Assembly (NCBI GenBank): GCA_964437455.1
Contig: CAYTGG010000002.1
Location: 1 to 51,059 of the forward strand
Direction of reading: 5' to 3'
Length of the DNA stretch: 51,059 nt
From: Candidatus Woesearchaeota archaeon
GTDB lineage: Archaea; Nanobdellota; Nanobdellia; Pacearchaeales; GW2011-AR1
The notes beneath the pieces were generated by a model that saw only the letters and a program-made list of their open reading frames with translations, ran no database searches and was not told the DNA's origin. Position 1 is the stretch's first letter; each line of letters begins with the position of its first letter. A program made the translations under genes and the position numbers. Shown here piece after piece: positions 1 to 8,292 of this stretch.

Positions 1-324
1 ATTTTAGAAAGAACTAAAGAAATTGGAATAATGAAAGCAATTGGTGCAAGAAATTCTGATATTTTAAAGATATTTCTAATTGAATCTGGTTTATTAGGAC
101 TAGTGGGAGGAATTATAGGAGTTATCTTAGGATATGGAGCAAGTAAATTAATAGAATTTATTATAGTTACTCAATTTAATACAAATCTCCTCTCAGTATC
201 TGCATCTCTACCTTTAATTTTAGGATGTTTGATATTCAGTTTTTTAGTAGGAATCTTATCTGGAATTTTTCCTGCATTTAATTCAAGTAAAATAAATGTA
301 GTAGATGCCCTACGTTATGAATAA
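1..324 (+). CDS. ABC transporter permease, FtsX/MacB-type, C-terminal part (5' end lies outside window)
   Basis: Frame 1 is open from base 1 (ILERTKEIGIMKAIGARNSDILKIFLIESGLLGLVGG...), the conserved FtsX-domain TM region; stop TAA at 322-324. Confidence 0.8.
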   Translation: MLERTKEIGIMKAIGARNSDILKIFLIESGLLGLVGGIIGVILGYGASKLIEFIIVTQFNTNLLSVSASLPLILGCLIFSFLVGILSGIFPAFNSSKINVVDALRYE

Positions 325-391
325 ATAATAAGAAAAAGTTTATAAATTAAATTCTTCTTTAGATTAATTCTAAATTAAAAGAGGAATTAAA

Positions 392-544
392 ATGAAAAGG
401 TGTATTTATTGTGGAGCAGAGATTTCAGATGATAGTATTGTAGATTTTTGTGAAAGATGTGGAATTGGTGTTTTTGGAAAAAAGATGTTTGATGCTATAA
501 TCCAGAATATGGAAGAGGCAAAATTAAGAGGAGATATAAAATAA
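392..544 (+). CDS. small zinc-ribbon protein (50 aa)
   Basis: ATG 392, TAA 542-544, below the ORF-track size cutoff; MKRCIYCGAEISDDSIVDFCERCG carries two CxxC pairs; GAGG motif just upstream. Confidence 0.5.
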   Translation: MKRCIYCGAEISDDSIVDFCERCGIGVFGKKMFDAIIQNMEEAKLRGDIK

Positions 545-588
545 TCAAAAAAGAATAATTTTTTAAATAAACTATTTGTGGCTTATTT

Positions 589-831
589 ATGGAAAAAAAG
601 CCTATTAGAAATAAAGGGAAATTACAATTAAGTAGATACTTTCAAAAATTTGAAAATGGGAATTTTGTTGCAATTGTGAAGGAAATTTCATTACAACCAA
701 GATTTCCTAAAAGATTACAGGGTCAAGTAGGAATAATTGAGGGAAAAAAGGGCAAAGCATATATTGTGAAAATTAAAAATAAAAGATTTCTGATAGAGCC
801 AATACATTTAAAAAAAATAAAGAGTTTCTGA
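589..831 (+). CDS. rpl21e: 50S ribosomal protein L21e
   Basis: 80 aa; FENGNFVAIVKEISLQPRFPKRLQGQVGIIEGKKGKAYIVKI...IEPIHLKK matches the L21e SH3-like core; lies in the L21e-RpoF-DUF655 gene order. Confidence 0.85.
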   Translation: MEKKPIRNKGKLQLSRYFQKFENGNFVAIVKEISLQPRFPKRLQGQVGIIEGKKGKAYIVKIKNKRFLIEPIHLKKIKSF

Positions 832-842
832 AATAAACAAAG

Positions 843-1151
843 ATGATAAAAAATAATAAACCAATTAGTATGATTGAATCTACAGAATATTTAGCTAAAG
901 CTGAAGGAGTTGAGATAGATGAATTAAAGAGTTTTATTAAAAAGTTCTCAGGATTAAATCTAAAAAAAGCTAAAGAATTAAGAAAAAAACTCAAAGAAAT
1001 AGATTCAATAAAGATAAAAGAAGAACATATTGCAAAAATAATTGATTTAGTACCTGAAGATGAAGAAGATTTAAATAAAATTTTTGTTGATATAAGTTTA
1101 GATGAGGATGAAACAAAAGAAATACTTAAAAAAATTAAAGAACTCAAATAA
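843..1151 (+). CDS. rpoF: DNA-directed RNA polymerase subunit F (Rpo4)
   Basis: 102-aa Lys/Glu-rich helical protein at the conserved archaeal position between L21e and DUF655; the call rests mainly on synteny. Confidence 0.6.
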   Translation: MIKNNKPISMIESTEYLAKAEGVEIDELKSFIKKFSGLNLKKAKELRKKLKEIDSIKIKEEHIAKIIDLVPEDEEDLNKIFVDISLDEDETKEILKKIKELK

Positions 1152-1159
1152 AGAAGAAA

Positions 1160-1696
1160 ATGGAGAAAGAAGAATATGCTTTAATATTAGAATATTTGCC
1201 AAATGGATATCCTTTAGAAAAGAGGATGATTCCTTTAGCTCAAGCTGTAGGAGAAAAGAGTTTAATTTTATTAGAATTGGTTCCTCGTAGAGGAATAAAT
1301 CTAGAAATTGGAGAGAGAGTTTATATTGGAGAAGGAAAAAGAGAAAAAATTTATTATATTCTTGGAAGATTATCTAAAGAAAAACTTACAGAATCAGCAA
1401 AAGATCAATTACAAGAATTTATAAAGAGAATAGTAAAAGAAAGAGAAGAAGAATTTGTAGAATTTTTTAATAATTCAACAGCTATAAATAAAAGAATTCA
1501 TCAAATTGAGTTAATTCCTGGATTTGGAAAAAGACATATGAAAGAAATTTTAAATAAGAGAGAAGAAGAGAATTTTAAAAATTTTCAAGATATGAAAGAT
1601 AGAATACAAAATCTTCCAGATCCTGTAAAAGCAATTGAAAAAAGAATTTTTCAGGAATTAACTTCTATTGAAAGATACAATTTATTTGTTCGTTAA
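1160..1696 (+). CDS. DUF655-family protein (predicted OB/HhH nucleic-acid-binding protein)
   Basis: N-terminus EEYALILEYLPNGYP and HhH-like IELIPGFGKRHMKEIL are typical of archaeal DUF655; conserved neighbour of rpoF. Confidence 0.75.
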   Translation: MEKEEYALILEYLPNGYPLEKRMIPLAQAVGEKSLILLELVPRRGINLEIGERVYIGEGKREKIYYILGRLSKEKLTESAKDQLQEFIKRIVKEREEEFVEFFNNSTAINKRIHQIELIPGFGKRHMKEILNKREEENFKNFQDMKDRIQNLPDPVKAIEKRIFQELTSIERYNLFVR

Positions 1697-1697
1697 A

Positions 1698-2171
1698 ATG
1701 GAAAATCCAAAACAAGTTATTTCACAAGTAAAAGAAGAAAGATTAATTAGAATTCTATCAAAAGATATTCCTGGAAATATGAGTGTTTATGCTGGATTGA
1801 TTAGAATAAATGGAATTTCATGGAGTGTTTCTAATGCTATTTGTAAAATTTTAGGTATAGATAAAAGAAGAAAAATAGATTCATTAAGTATAGAAGAAAT
1901 AAAGAAAATTACAGATTTGGCTAAGAAAGAGGGACTTCCTTCTTATTTAAATAATAGAAGGAAAGATTTTGAAACAGGAGAAGATAAACATCTTATAGGA
2001 AGTGATTTAGAATTACAAAAAGATTTTGATATTAAAAGATTAAAGAAAATTAAGAGTTATAGGGGATTTAGGCATATGTCTAATTTACCAGTTAGAGGAC
2101 AGAGAACAAGAGGTCATTTTAGGTCTAATAGAAGAAAGGGAGCTGGAATTAAAAGAAAAAATAAAAAATGA
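1698..2171 (+). CDS. rps13: 30S ribosomal protein S13 (uS13)
   Basis: ATG 1698 preferred to the track start 1668, which overlaps the upstream gene; RILSKDIPGN..., YRGFRHMSNLPVRGQRTRGH are uS13 signatures. Confidence 0.9.
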   Translation: MENPKQVISQVKEERLIRILSKDIPGNMSVYAGLIRINGISWSVSNAICKILGIDKRRKIDSLSIEEIKKITDLAKKEGLPSYLNNRRKDFETGEDKHLIGSDLELQKDFDIKRLKKIKSYRGFRHMSNLPVRGQRTRGHFRSNRRKGAGIKRKNKK

Positions 2172-2641
2172 AAAGAAAACATAAAGCATATTCTAAACCA
2201 AGGAGGCCTTTTGATAAAGAAAGAATAGAAAAAGAAAGAGAATTAAAAAAAGAATTTGGATTAAAAAATAAAAAGGAAATTTGGAGAGCTGAATCAAAGA
2301 TAAAATCAATAAGAGAAAAGGCTAAAAAATTAATTTCCTCTTCTCCTCAAGAACAGAAAGTTTTATTTGAAAGATTAAAAAAAATTGGATTTAATGTAAA
2401 CTCTTTAGGAGATATTTTGTCTTTAGAAGTTGAAGATTATTTGAGAAGAAGACTTCAGACTATTATTCTAAAAAAGAAATTAACGACTACTCCAAAAAGT
2501 GCAAGACAATTGATAGTTCATAAAAAGATCCTAGTTAATGGAAGAATAATAGATAGTCCATCTTATATTGTTCCAATAGAATTAGAAGATAAAATTGAAA
2601 TAAAAAACAAAAAAGAAGTAAAGAAGGAGGATAAAAAATGA
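2168..2641 (+). CDS. rps4: 30S ribosomal protein S4 (uS4)
   Basis: KAYSKPRRPFDKERIEKE N-terminus plus S4 RNA-binding domain (SARQLIVHKKILVNGRIIDSPSY); ATGA overlap with S13. Confidence 0.9.
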   Translation: MKRKHKAYSKPRRPFDKERIEKERELKKEFGLKNKKEIWRAESKIKSIREKAKKLISSSPQEQKVLFERLKKIGFNVNSLGDILSLEVEDYLRRRLQTIILKKKLTTTPKSARQLIVHKKILVNGRIIDSPSYIVPIELEDKIEIKNKKEVKKEDKK

Positions 2642-3027
2642 GTGAAAAAGAAAAAAATATTGAAGCTGTTGTGAACATTTATACTTCTTTTAATAATACT
2701 ATTGCTCATGTAACAGATATGTCTGGAAGAACAATCTCTAAGATAAGTGGAGGAAGAGTTACCAAACACGATAGACTTAAAGCAAATCCTACTATTGCTA
2801 TGTTTATTGCAAAAAGAATTAGTGAAGAAATAAAAGATTTAGGAATTAAATCTTTATTTATAAGAATCCGTGCAAAAACTAGAAATCCTGCTCCTGGTCC
2901 AGGAGTTCATGCGATAGTGAAAAGTTTATCGAGAGAAGGATTCAAAATATTAAATATTTTAGAAACAACTAGAATTCCTCGTGGAGGTCCAAAGAAGAAA
3001 GGTGGAAGAAGAGGAAGACGTCCATAA
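2638..3027 (+). CDS. rps11: 30S ribosomal protein S11 (uS11)
   Basis: AHVTDMSGRTISKISGG..., C-terminus RIPRGGPKKKGGRRGRRP; GGAGG 8 nt upstream; ATGA overlap with S4. Confidence 0.95.
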   Translation: MSEKEKNIEAVVNIYTSFNNTIAHVTDMSGRTISKISGGRVTKHDRLKANPTIAMFIAKRISEEIKDLGIKSLFIRIRAKTRNPAPGPGVHAIVKSLSREGFKILNILETTRIPRGGPKKKGGRRGRRP

Positions 3028-3099
3028 GGTCTTAAGATTATTTTTTAAGATTAAAAATTAAATAAATAAGTTTAAAAAACAAAAAAATTAAAGATTAAA

Positions 3100-3813
3100 A
3101 TGGAACTAAAGGAAAAGAAAGATAATTCAATAAAATTCAAATTAGAAATAGAAGATAGTTTAATTAATGCTATAAGAAGATATGTTAATTTAATTCCTGT
3201 TGTTGCTATTGAAGAAGTTGAAATATTTAGAAATGATTCTCCTTTATATGACGAAACTGTTGCCCATAGATTAGGATTGATTCCTATAAAAAATATTAAA
3301 ATAGATGAAAAGAATCCTCCTCAATTAAAATTAAACAAGAAAAAAGAAGGTTTTGTTTATTCTGGAGAATTAAATGGAAATGCTGAGGTGGTCTTTGGTA
3401 AAATGCCAATCACGTTTTTAAAAAAAGATGAAGAAATAAAACTTACTGCCACAATAGGTATAGGAAAAGGAAGCGATCATTCAAAATTTTCTCCTGGATT
3501 AATATTTTATAGAAATGTTTATGATATTAAAATTGATAAGGATTGTCCAATAGAGATTAGTAATGTTTGTCCAAAAGGAGTTCTAAAATTAAAAGATAGA
3601 AAAGTAATTGTAGAAGATAAAGAAAAATGTGATGGATGTGAACTTTGCCTAGAGGAAAGTAAGAAATTAGGAAAAGATTCTATAAAAATTAGTCCCACTA
3701 ATGAATTAATTGTTACTGTAGAATCTTTTGGACAAATGGAAGCTAAAGAGATATTTAAAAGAGCAATAGAAGAACTGAAAAAAGATTTAAAAGAAGTATC
3801 AAAAAAGATTTAA
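3100..3813 (+). CDS. rpoD: DNA-directed RNA polymerase subunit D (Rpo3) with Cys-rich ferredoxin-like insert
   Basis: SLINAIRRYVNLIPVVAIEEVEIFRNDSPLYDETVAHRLGLIP is the alpha-like dimerisation motif; Cys cluster CP...CPKG...CDGCELC; position after S11. Confidence 0.85.
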   Translation: MELKEKKDNSIKFKLEIEDSLINAIRRYVNLIPVVAIEEVEIFRNDSPLYDETVAHRLGLIPIKNIKIDEKNPPQLKLNKKKEGFVYSGELNGNAEVVFGKMPITFLKKDEEIKLTATIGIGKGSDHSKFSPGLIFYRNVYDIKIDKDCPIEISNVCPKGVLKLKDRKVIVEDKEKCDGCELCLEESKKLGKDSIKISPTNELIVTVESFGQMEAKEIFKRAIEELKKDLKEVSKKI

Positions 3814-3859
3814 TAATTCTAAAGTTTTTTATAGATTGAATAATGAATAAATTTATTGG

Positions 3860-3943
3860 GTGGAGTTGCCGGAGCGGTCAAACGGGACAGCCTCAAGAGC
3901 TGTTGGCTTAGTGCCTACACAGGTTCGAATCCTGTACTCCACA
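3860..3943 (+). tRNA. tRNA-Leu (anticodon CAA), class II with long variable arm; no encoded CCA
   Basis: Acceptor GTGGAGT/ACTCCAC (7 bp) + discriminator A; anticodon stem ACAGC/GCTGT with loop CTCAAGA; T arm ACAGG-TTCGAAT-CCTGT; ~15-nt variable arm. Confidence 0.85.
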
Positions 3944-4094
3944 TAAAAACTTTATTTTTATAGAAAAAAGTACTAAAAATTTTTTATTTCAAATATCATT
4001 AAATCACATAAAATTTAAATAGTCTTATTTTTTCAAAATCTTACCTGCGAGTTAACGCTATAGTGGGAAGTTAATACTTCTTACTAAATTTAAA

Positions 4095-4466
4095 ATGACT
4101 AAATCACAAAATAAAATAAAAAAACAAAGAAATAAGAAAACTAATCCAGAGTTAGTTGAAACCATTAATATTGCAAGAAAAAACAAAAATTGGATTAAGA
4201 TTGCAGAAATTTTATCAAGTTCAAGGAGGAATAGAAAAGACATTAATTTAGATGACATAAACAAAAAAACAAAAGAAGGAGATAGAGTTTTAGTTATTGG
4301 TAAAGTTCTTTCTCAAGGAGAATTAGATAAAAAAATAAAAATAGTTGCTTTGAGTTATTCTAAAAAGGCAAATGAAAAATTATTAAAATCTAAATGTGAG
4401 GTAGTAAAGATTTTAGAAGAAATTAAAAGAAATCCTGAAGCAAAAGGATTGGAAATTTTAGAATGA
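4095..4466 (+). CDS. rpl18e: 50S ribosomal protein L18e
   Basis: TNPELVETI..., DRVLVIGKVLSQGELDKKIKIVALSYSKKANEKL matches the L18e/L15 family core; canonical position before L13. Confidence 0.85.
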   Translation: MTKSQNKIKKQRNKKTNPELVETINIARKNKNWIKIAEILSSSRRNRKDINLDDINKKTKEGDRVLVIGKVLSQGELDKKIKIVALSYSKKANEKLLKSKCEVVKILEEIKRNPEAKGLEILE

Positions 4467-4849
4467 AAATAATTGATGGAAAAGGAGCAGTTTTAGGAAG
4501 ATTAGCTAGTTATTCAGCTAAACAAGCACTTAAAGGTGAAGAGATTGTTATTTTGAATTGTGATAAGATCATAATAAGCGGAAATAAAAGAGATATCAAA
4601 GAAGATTTCAAAGAAAAAAGAAGAAAAGGAGGAAGTAGTCAGAAAGGACCTAAATATTCAATATTAAATGAAAAAATTGTCAAAAGATGTATAAGAGGTA
4701 TGTTACCTAATTTTAGAGAGGGAAGAGGAAGAGTAGCTTATAAAAAGATTAAATGTTATACTAATGTTCCTAAACAATTTGAGAATTTAGATAAAATAAA
4801 AATTAAAAAAGAAGTAAATAAATTTATTGAGATAAAAGAATTAAAATGA
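4463..4849 (+). CDS. rpl13: 50S ribosomal protein L13 (uL13)
   Basis: IIDGKGAVLGRLASYSAKQALKGEEIVILNCDKIIISG and IRGMLP motifs; ATGA overlap with L18e. Confidence 0.9.
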   Translation: MKIIDGKGAVLGRLASYSAKQALKGEEIVILNCDKIIISGNKRDIKEDFKEKRRKGGSSQKGPKYSILNEKIVKRCIRGMLPNFREGRGRVAYKKIKCYTNVPKQFENLDKIKIKKEVNKFIEIKELK

Positions 4850-5247
4850 ATAATAAGGTAATTTCTGGAAAAAGAAAAACATCAACAGCAAGAGCTATTA
4901 TTACAGAAGGAATTGGAAGAATAAGAATAAACAATAGAGATTATCTTAATTTAGAAAAGTTTGATGTTTTAAAGATTGAAGAACCTTTAAGAATTGCAAA
5001 AGAAATTCTAGGAAAAAATAATTTTAATGTAGATATATCTGTAAAAGGTGGTGGAGGAAAAAGCCAGATTGATGCTGCTAGAGTCGCTTTAGCAAAAGCA
5101 ATTGTAGAATTTACTAAATCTAAGAAATTAAGTGAAGCTTTTCTAAATTATGATAGAAATTTATTAGTTGCTGATGTAAGAAGAAAAGAAGCATGTAAAC
5201 CCGGAGATTCGAAAGCAAGAAAGAAAAGACAAACTTCCTATAGATAA
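4846..5247 (+). CDS. rps9: 30S ribosomal protein S9 (uS9)
   Basis: GKRKTSTARAII..., GGGGKSQIDAARVALAKAI, C-terminus KARKKRQTSYR; ATGA overlap with L13. Confidence 0.95.
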   Translation: MNNKVISGKRKTSTARAIITEGIGRIRINNRDYLNLEKFDVLKIEEPLRIAKEILGKNNFNVDISVKGGGGKSQIDAARVALAKAIVEFTKSKKLSEAFLNYDRNLLVADVRRKEACKPGDSKARKKRQTSYR

Positions 5248-5256
5248 TTTCTTAAG

Positions 5257-5427
5257 TTAATAATTTCTTTTACTTCTTTTTGAATGATAGTATTTAGAGA
5301 GATATTTTGCTCTAGCATGCTCTGATTCTCTTATTTTATCATCAAGTGCTAAGTTTCCTGTATGTATATGAATACTATAAGGTTGAGGGTACTTTAATTT
5401 TGAATAAAAATCCTCTCTTTCTCTCAT
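5257..5427 (-). CDS. hypothetical small basic protein (56 aa)
   Basis: Hand-translated: MREREDFYSKLKYPQPYSIHIHTGNLALDDKIRESEHARAKYLSKYYHSKRSKRNY; the only open frame in the 255-bp gap after S9; no family recognised. Confidence 0.25.
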   Translation of the reverse strand: MREREDFYSKLKYPQPYSIHIHTGNLALDDKIRESEHARAKYLSKYYHSKRSKRNY

Positions 5428-5502
5428 TAATTAAAATTAAAAGATGTTTTAAAAATATTTTTATTCTTGAGGATATATTTAAATCTTTTTTATAGTAAAA
5501 AA

Positions 5503-6135
5503 TTATTTTATTCCTAATTTTTCTAATTTATCCTGAACATGATTAAAAAGAGTTGATGAAATTAAAGGTTGATGGCTTCCTTGATGTATTTTTCCATCAA
5601 ATTTAGTTTTTCCTAAATAAGTCTGATTTTTAAGAATTTTTTTTAATCCATTAATAGAAAAATGATACTTTTTTGCTAATTGAGTAAGACTAATGTCTTG
5701 ATTAAGGAAATCTTGAAAAATTTCCTGGATAATATAAGAATCTTCTTTAGGAATAAGTTTCTTATTTTCTATCTTATAACCAGAAGGTGCTCTAGTTACA
5801 ATATTTCCATCTCGAGCTTTTTTATCCATTCCTTTTTTTGATCTTTTTGAAATTGATTTATTAGATTTTCTAAAAGTATCTAAAATTGTTCCATCTATTT
5901 TTTCTTCTAAAAAAATTTTAAATTCCTCTTCATTATCAGGCGCAAAATAGTGACAGATAGAGCAGAGAGTTATTAAATTATCTATGGAATCCTCACCTCC
6001 ATTAACCCTCATATTTATGTGGTGAACTTCTAATTCTTCTGAATTTCCTAAATAACCACACTTTTGACAACGAAATTTGTCTCTGTTAAAAACTTTTGAT
6101 TTTATTTTGGATGATGTTGAGATTCTTTTTGGCAT
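5503..6135 (-). CDS. HNH endonuclease fused to a 'Recombinase'-type DNA-binding domain (no resolvase catalytic domain)
   Basis: N-terminus CQKCGY...EVHHINMRVNGGEDSIDNLITLCSICH (HNH, two Cys pairs); C-terminus APSGYKIENKKLIPKEDSYIIQEIFQDF...LKNQTYLGK...HQPLISSTLFNHVQ resembles the domain following the catalytic domain of large serine recombinases. Confidence 0.7.
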   Translation of the reverse strand: MPKRISTSSKIKSKVFNRDKFRCQKCGYLGNSEELEVHHINMRVNGGEDSIDNLITLCSICHYFAPDNEEEFKIFLEEKIDGTILDTFRKSNKSISKRSKKGMDKKARDGNIVTRAPSGYKIENKKLIPKEDSYIIQEIFQDFLNQDISLTQLAKKYHFSINGLKKILKNQTYLGKTKFDGKIHQGSHQPLISSTLFNHVQDKLEKLGIK

Positions 6136-6137
6136 TT

Positions 6138-6965
6138 TTACAGATTATCTATAGGAGATTTTATTTTTTTTAATTCTTCTGTTGAGATGTGTGTATAAAT
6201 TTGTGTTGTTGATAAGTCAGCATGTCCAAGTAATTCCTGAATTTTTCTTATATCTGTTCCGTTTTCTAAAAGATGCGTGGCAAAGCTGTGTCTTAATGTA
6301 TGTGGAGAAACTTTTTTTTGAATATTTGCCTTTTTTGCTGAATTTCTAATAATCTTTTGTAAATTTCTGTCTGTGAGTTTTTCTTTTGGGCCTGAAAAGA
6401 GATATTTTTGGTTGTTTTCTGTTTGTTTTTTTGCTTGTTTTTTTAAAGATTTTAATAAAAAGACAGGGATATTAAATATTCTGTCTTTTCTTCCTTTTGC
6501 CTGACGCACATAACCAATCATTTCTTCAAAATTCAACTCATTAATTTTTAGATTTATCAGTTCTGAAACTCTAAAACCACAAGCATATATCATAGAGATC
6601 ATAAGCTTGCTTTTTTTTGTGGGTATAGAATTGAATAATCTTTTTATTTCTTCTTTTGTTAGAACAGCTGGAAATTTTCTATCTCTTTTTGGGCGTTTGA
6701 TATTTATTGTAATATCCTTTTGCAAAATTGTTGAGAAAGCATAACGAATTGCAGAAAGAAAAACAATAATTGTTGAAGATGATTTGTCTGTGAGTTTTTC
6801 AGCCATGTAGGATTTAACATCATCAATTGTTATTTCTTCTAGAGTTTTATTTAAAAAATTTAGAAGCTCCTGATTAGCCCTAAAGTAATTGCGAATAGTG
6901 TAATTTGAATTTTTGGAGATTTTTAGTTCTGTTTGAAGTTTTTGGAGGAAATCCTCTTTTTTCAT
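6138..6965 (-). CDS. xerA: tyrosine recombinase, XerA/XerC/XerD-like integrase
   Basis: SAM-like N-domain; catalytic region GFRVSEL...GKGRKDR...HTLRHSFATHLLENGTDIRKIQELLGHADLSTTQIYTH (R..H-x-x-R..H..Y); 2-nt gap to the HNH gene. Confidence 0.9.
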   Translation of the reverse strand: MKKEDFLQKLQTELKISKNSNYTIRNYFRANQELLNFLNKTLEEITIDDVKSYMAEKLTDKSSSTIIVFLSAIRYAFSTILQKDITINIKRPKRDRKFPAVLTKEEIKRLFNSIPTKKSKLMISMIYACGFRVSELINLKINELNFEEMIGYVRQAKGRKDRIFNIPVFLLKSLKKQAKKQTENNQKYLFSGPKEKLTDRNLQKIIRNSAKKANIQKKVSPHTLRHSFATHLLENGTDIRKIQELLGHADLSTTQIYTHISTEELKKIKSPIDNL

Positions 6966-6968
6966 ATG

Positions 6969-7049
6969 ATATATTGTACGAACTTATTTATAAATTTGTG
7001 TTAAAATTAGATGGTTGTGACAATATAGGTTGTACGAAGTTTTTATATA
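6969..7049. repeat. two imperfect ~25-bp direct repeats with core TTGTACGAA(C/G)TT directly upstream of the recombinase gene
   Basis: ATATATTGTACGAACTTATTTATA (6969-6992) versus ATATAGGTTGTACGAAGTTTTTATATA (7023-7049). Confidence 0.6.
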
Positions 7050-7058
7050 TAGAAACTA

Positions 7059-7460
7059 TTATTCTAAACAATTTCCTATTAATTCATTTTCATCTAGATG
7101 ATAAACAGAATATCTAATATTACCCTGCTTTTCTTGAGTCACTTTTAGCTTGCCATCCTTTGTGCGCGAAGGTTGGCTTTGTTCATATAAACCATCACTA
7201 ACTCTTAAATCGTTTGCTCTTTCATAAAATCCCTTTTTAAAAAGCTCTTTATTTGAAACCTCTTTATAACTTTCAAAGAAAGGATTTGTAAGAACTTCTT
7301 TTCTTCGTTCATCTGTACTTAGATTTGTTAAATCTAACCTGTAAGAATTCTCTAACCATTCTAAAGAATGGACATAAATAAAAGTGTTACCTTTTTCAAA
7401 AACCAATCCTGATAAAGAATTACACATAATTTCAATAGGGCTTAACTTTTCTTCTTTCAT
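7059..7460 (-). CDS. hypothetical protein (133 aa, soluble)
   Basis: Clean ATG-to-stop ORF with local codon usage; no family recognised. Confidence 0.6.
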   Translation of the reverse strand: MKEEKLSPIEIMCNSLSGLVFEKGNTFIYVHSLEWLENSYRLDLTNLSTDERRKEVLTNPFFESYKEVSNKELFKKGFYERANDLRVSDGLYEQSQPSRTKDGKLKVTQEKQGNIRYSVYHLDENELIGNCLE

Positions 7461-7577
7461 TATTAAATTGAAATTTTCTTTATTTAAATAAATTATTATC
7501 TTTAAAATATATTTAGGATTATGTTTACTTAGATTACCTTAGTTAATAAATTAATTAATAATATTAATTAGTATCTC

Positions 7578-7856
7578 TTAATAACCATTTTCGTCCTTTA
7601 GATAATGAGAAGTAAGATATATTATAAATATACTTAAAAGAGTTATAAATAAAGAAGTTAAAATGCTTAAAGCTGAAGAATCTTTGATATTTGTAAAAAA
7701 TTTAACGATTGCTAAAGAAAGATCAAAAATTGTCTGACGCCATGTAAAAGCAATTGTGAATCCAAGAGTTACTATTATTAATGTTTTAATTTGTTTCTTA
7801 AATTCTTTCTGAAATCTCTTTCCTTTAATTAGGACATCAATCAATTTTTTTTTCAT
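7578..7856 (-). CDS. small 2-TM membrane protein, paralog of 25844..26110
   Basis: Basic N-terminus then GFTIAFTWRQ...; shares the pattern RF.K.FK..(I/L)......GFT(I/V)AF.WR and a second TM ending in YLK with the 25844 protein. Confidence 0.65.
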   Translation of the reverse strand: MKKKLIDVLIKGKRFQKEFKKQIKTLIIVTLGFTIAFTWRQTIFDLSLAIVKFFTNIKDSSALSILTSLFITLLSIFIIYLTSHYLKDENGY

Positions 7857-7956
7857 TAAAAAAATAAAAAGAGAAGTTTTTATAATTTTGGATTATATTA
7901 AAATTTTATATTTTATTTTAATAGGTTATTTCACTTAGGATAGCTTTGTGAATACT

Positions 7957-8020
7957 CTGTTTATTGGTGTTTGGGTTGTTTAGGGTTGTTTTAAACAGCT
8001 GTTTAAAGAGTTGTTTAAAG
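7957..8020. repeat. iteron-like block 1: six TGTTT(A/G/T) motifs at 8-13 bp spacing, including an 18-bp perfect palindrome TTTAAACAGCTGTTTAAA (7990-8007)
   Basis: ctgtttattggtgtttgggttgtttagggttgttttaaacagctgtttaaagagttgtttaaag; shares 17- and 18-nt exact segments with block 2. Confidence 0.8.
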
Positions 8021-8060
8021 AATTTTATATAATTTTATATAATTTTATATGATTTTATAG
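8021..8060. repeat. 10-bp tandem repeat AATTTTATAT x3 plus GATTTTATAG (AT-rich spacer between the iteron-like blocks)
   Basis: Read directly: aattttatat aattttatat aattttatat gattttatag. Confidence 0.9.
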
Positions 8061-8106
8061 TCGATTAAATATAATCTCTTGAAATTATTTTTCTTAAAAT
8101 ACTTAG

Positions 8107-8171
8107 AGGTTGTTTAGAGGTGTTTGGGTTGTTTAAGGCTGTTTATGGGTGTTTTAAACAGCTGTTTATAG
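8107..8171. repeat. iteron-like block 2: six TGTTT(A/G/T) motifs, with 14-bp palindrome TAAACAGCTGTTTA (8155-8168)
   Basis: ggttgtttagaggtgtttgggttgtttaaggctgtttatgggtgttttaaacagctgtttatag; GGTGTTTGGGTTGTTTA and GTTTTAAACAGCTGTTTA are identical to block 1. Confidence 0.8.
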
Positions 8172-8292
8172 TAAATTTTTAATATAAACAACCTGCTCTT
8201 TTTAGAATTTTAGAGTAGAATTATATAGGTAATGATAGGTTTTTCGACGGAAAAAACAAAATGTTTTTAAAGTAGGTTAAATAATAAATAAT

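Noticed and set aside
773-1147. 124-aa minus-strand ORF antisense to rpoF (and 1102..1290 on the plus strand)
   Set aside because: These are shadow ORFs of an AT-rich, Lys/Glu-coding gene (Ser/Phe/Leu-rich translation), and they overlap well-supported genes.
4039-4085. Relatively GC-richer patch upstream of L18e as a small RNA (e.g. C/D box sRNA)
   Set aside because: There are no C (RUGAUGA) or D (CUGA) boxes and no convincing stem structure. It is most simply the L18e 5' leader or promoter region.
5257-5427. Small ORF after S9 as the expected rpoN (Rpo10)
   Set aside because: It is on the wrong strand and lacks the N-terminal CxxC zinc motif of Rpo10. It is kept only as a low-confidence hypothetical.
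3860-6965. tRNA-Leu as the integration site for the tyrosine recombinase
   Set aside because: The tRNA is 2.2 kb from the recombinase gene, with intact L18e-L13-S9 genes between them. I found no duplicated copy of the tRNA 3' end. As far as I recall, a tRNA at this position also occurs in other archaeal alpha-operon equivalents.
8240-8257. Hairpin TTTTTC-GACG-GAAAAA 36 nt upstream of ATG 8293, similar in form to the pilin-array hairpin
   Set aside because: It is a single short A/T stem in a very AT-rich genome, so chance occurrence is likely. It is noted but not called as a feature.
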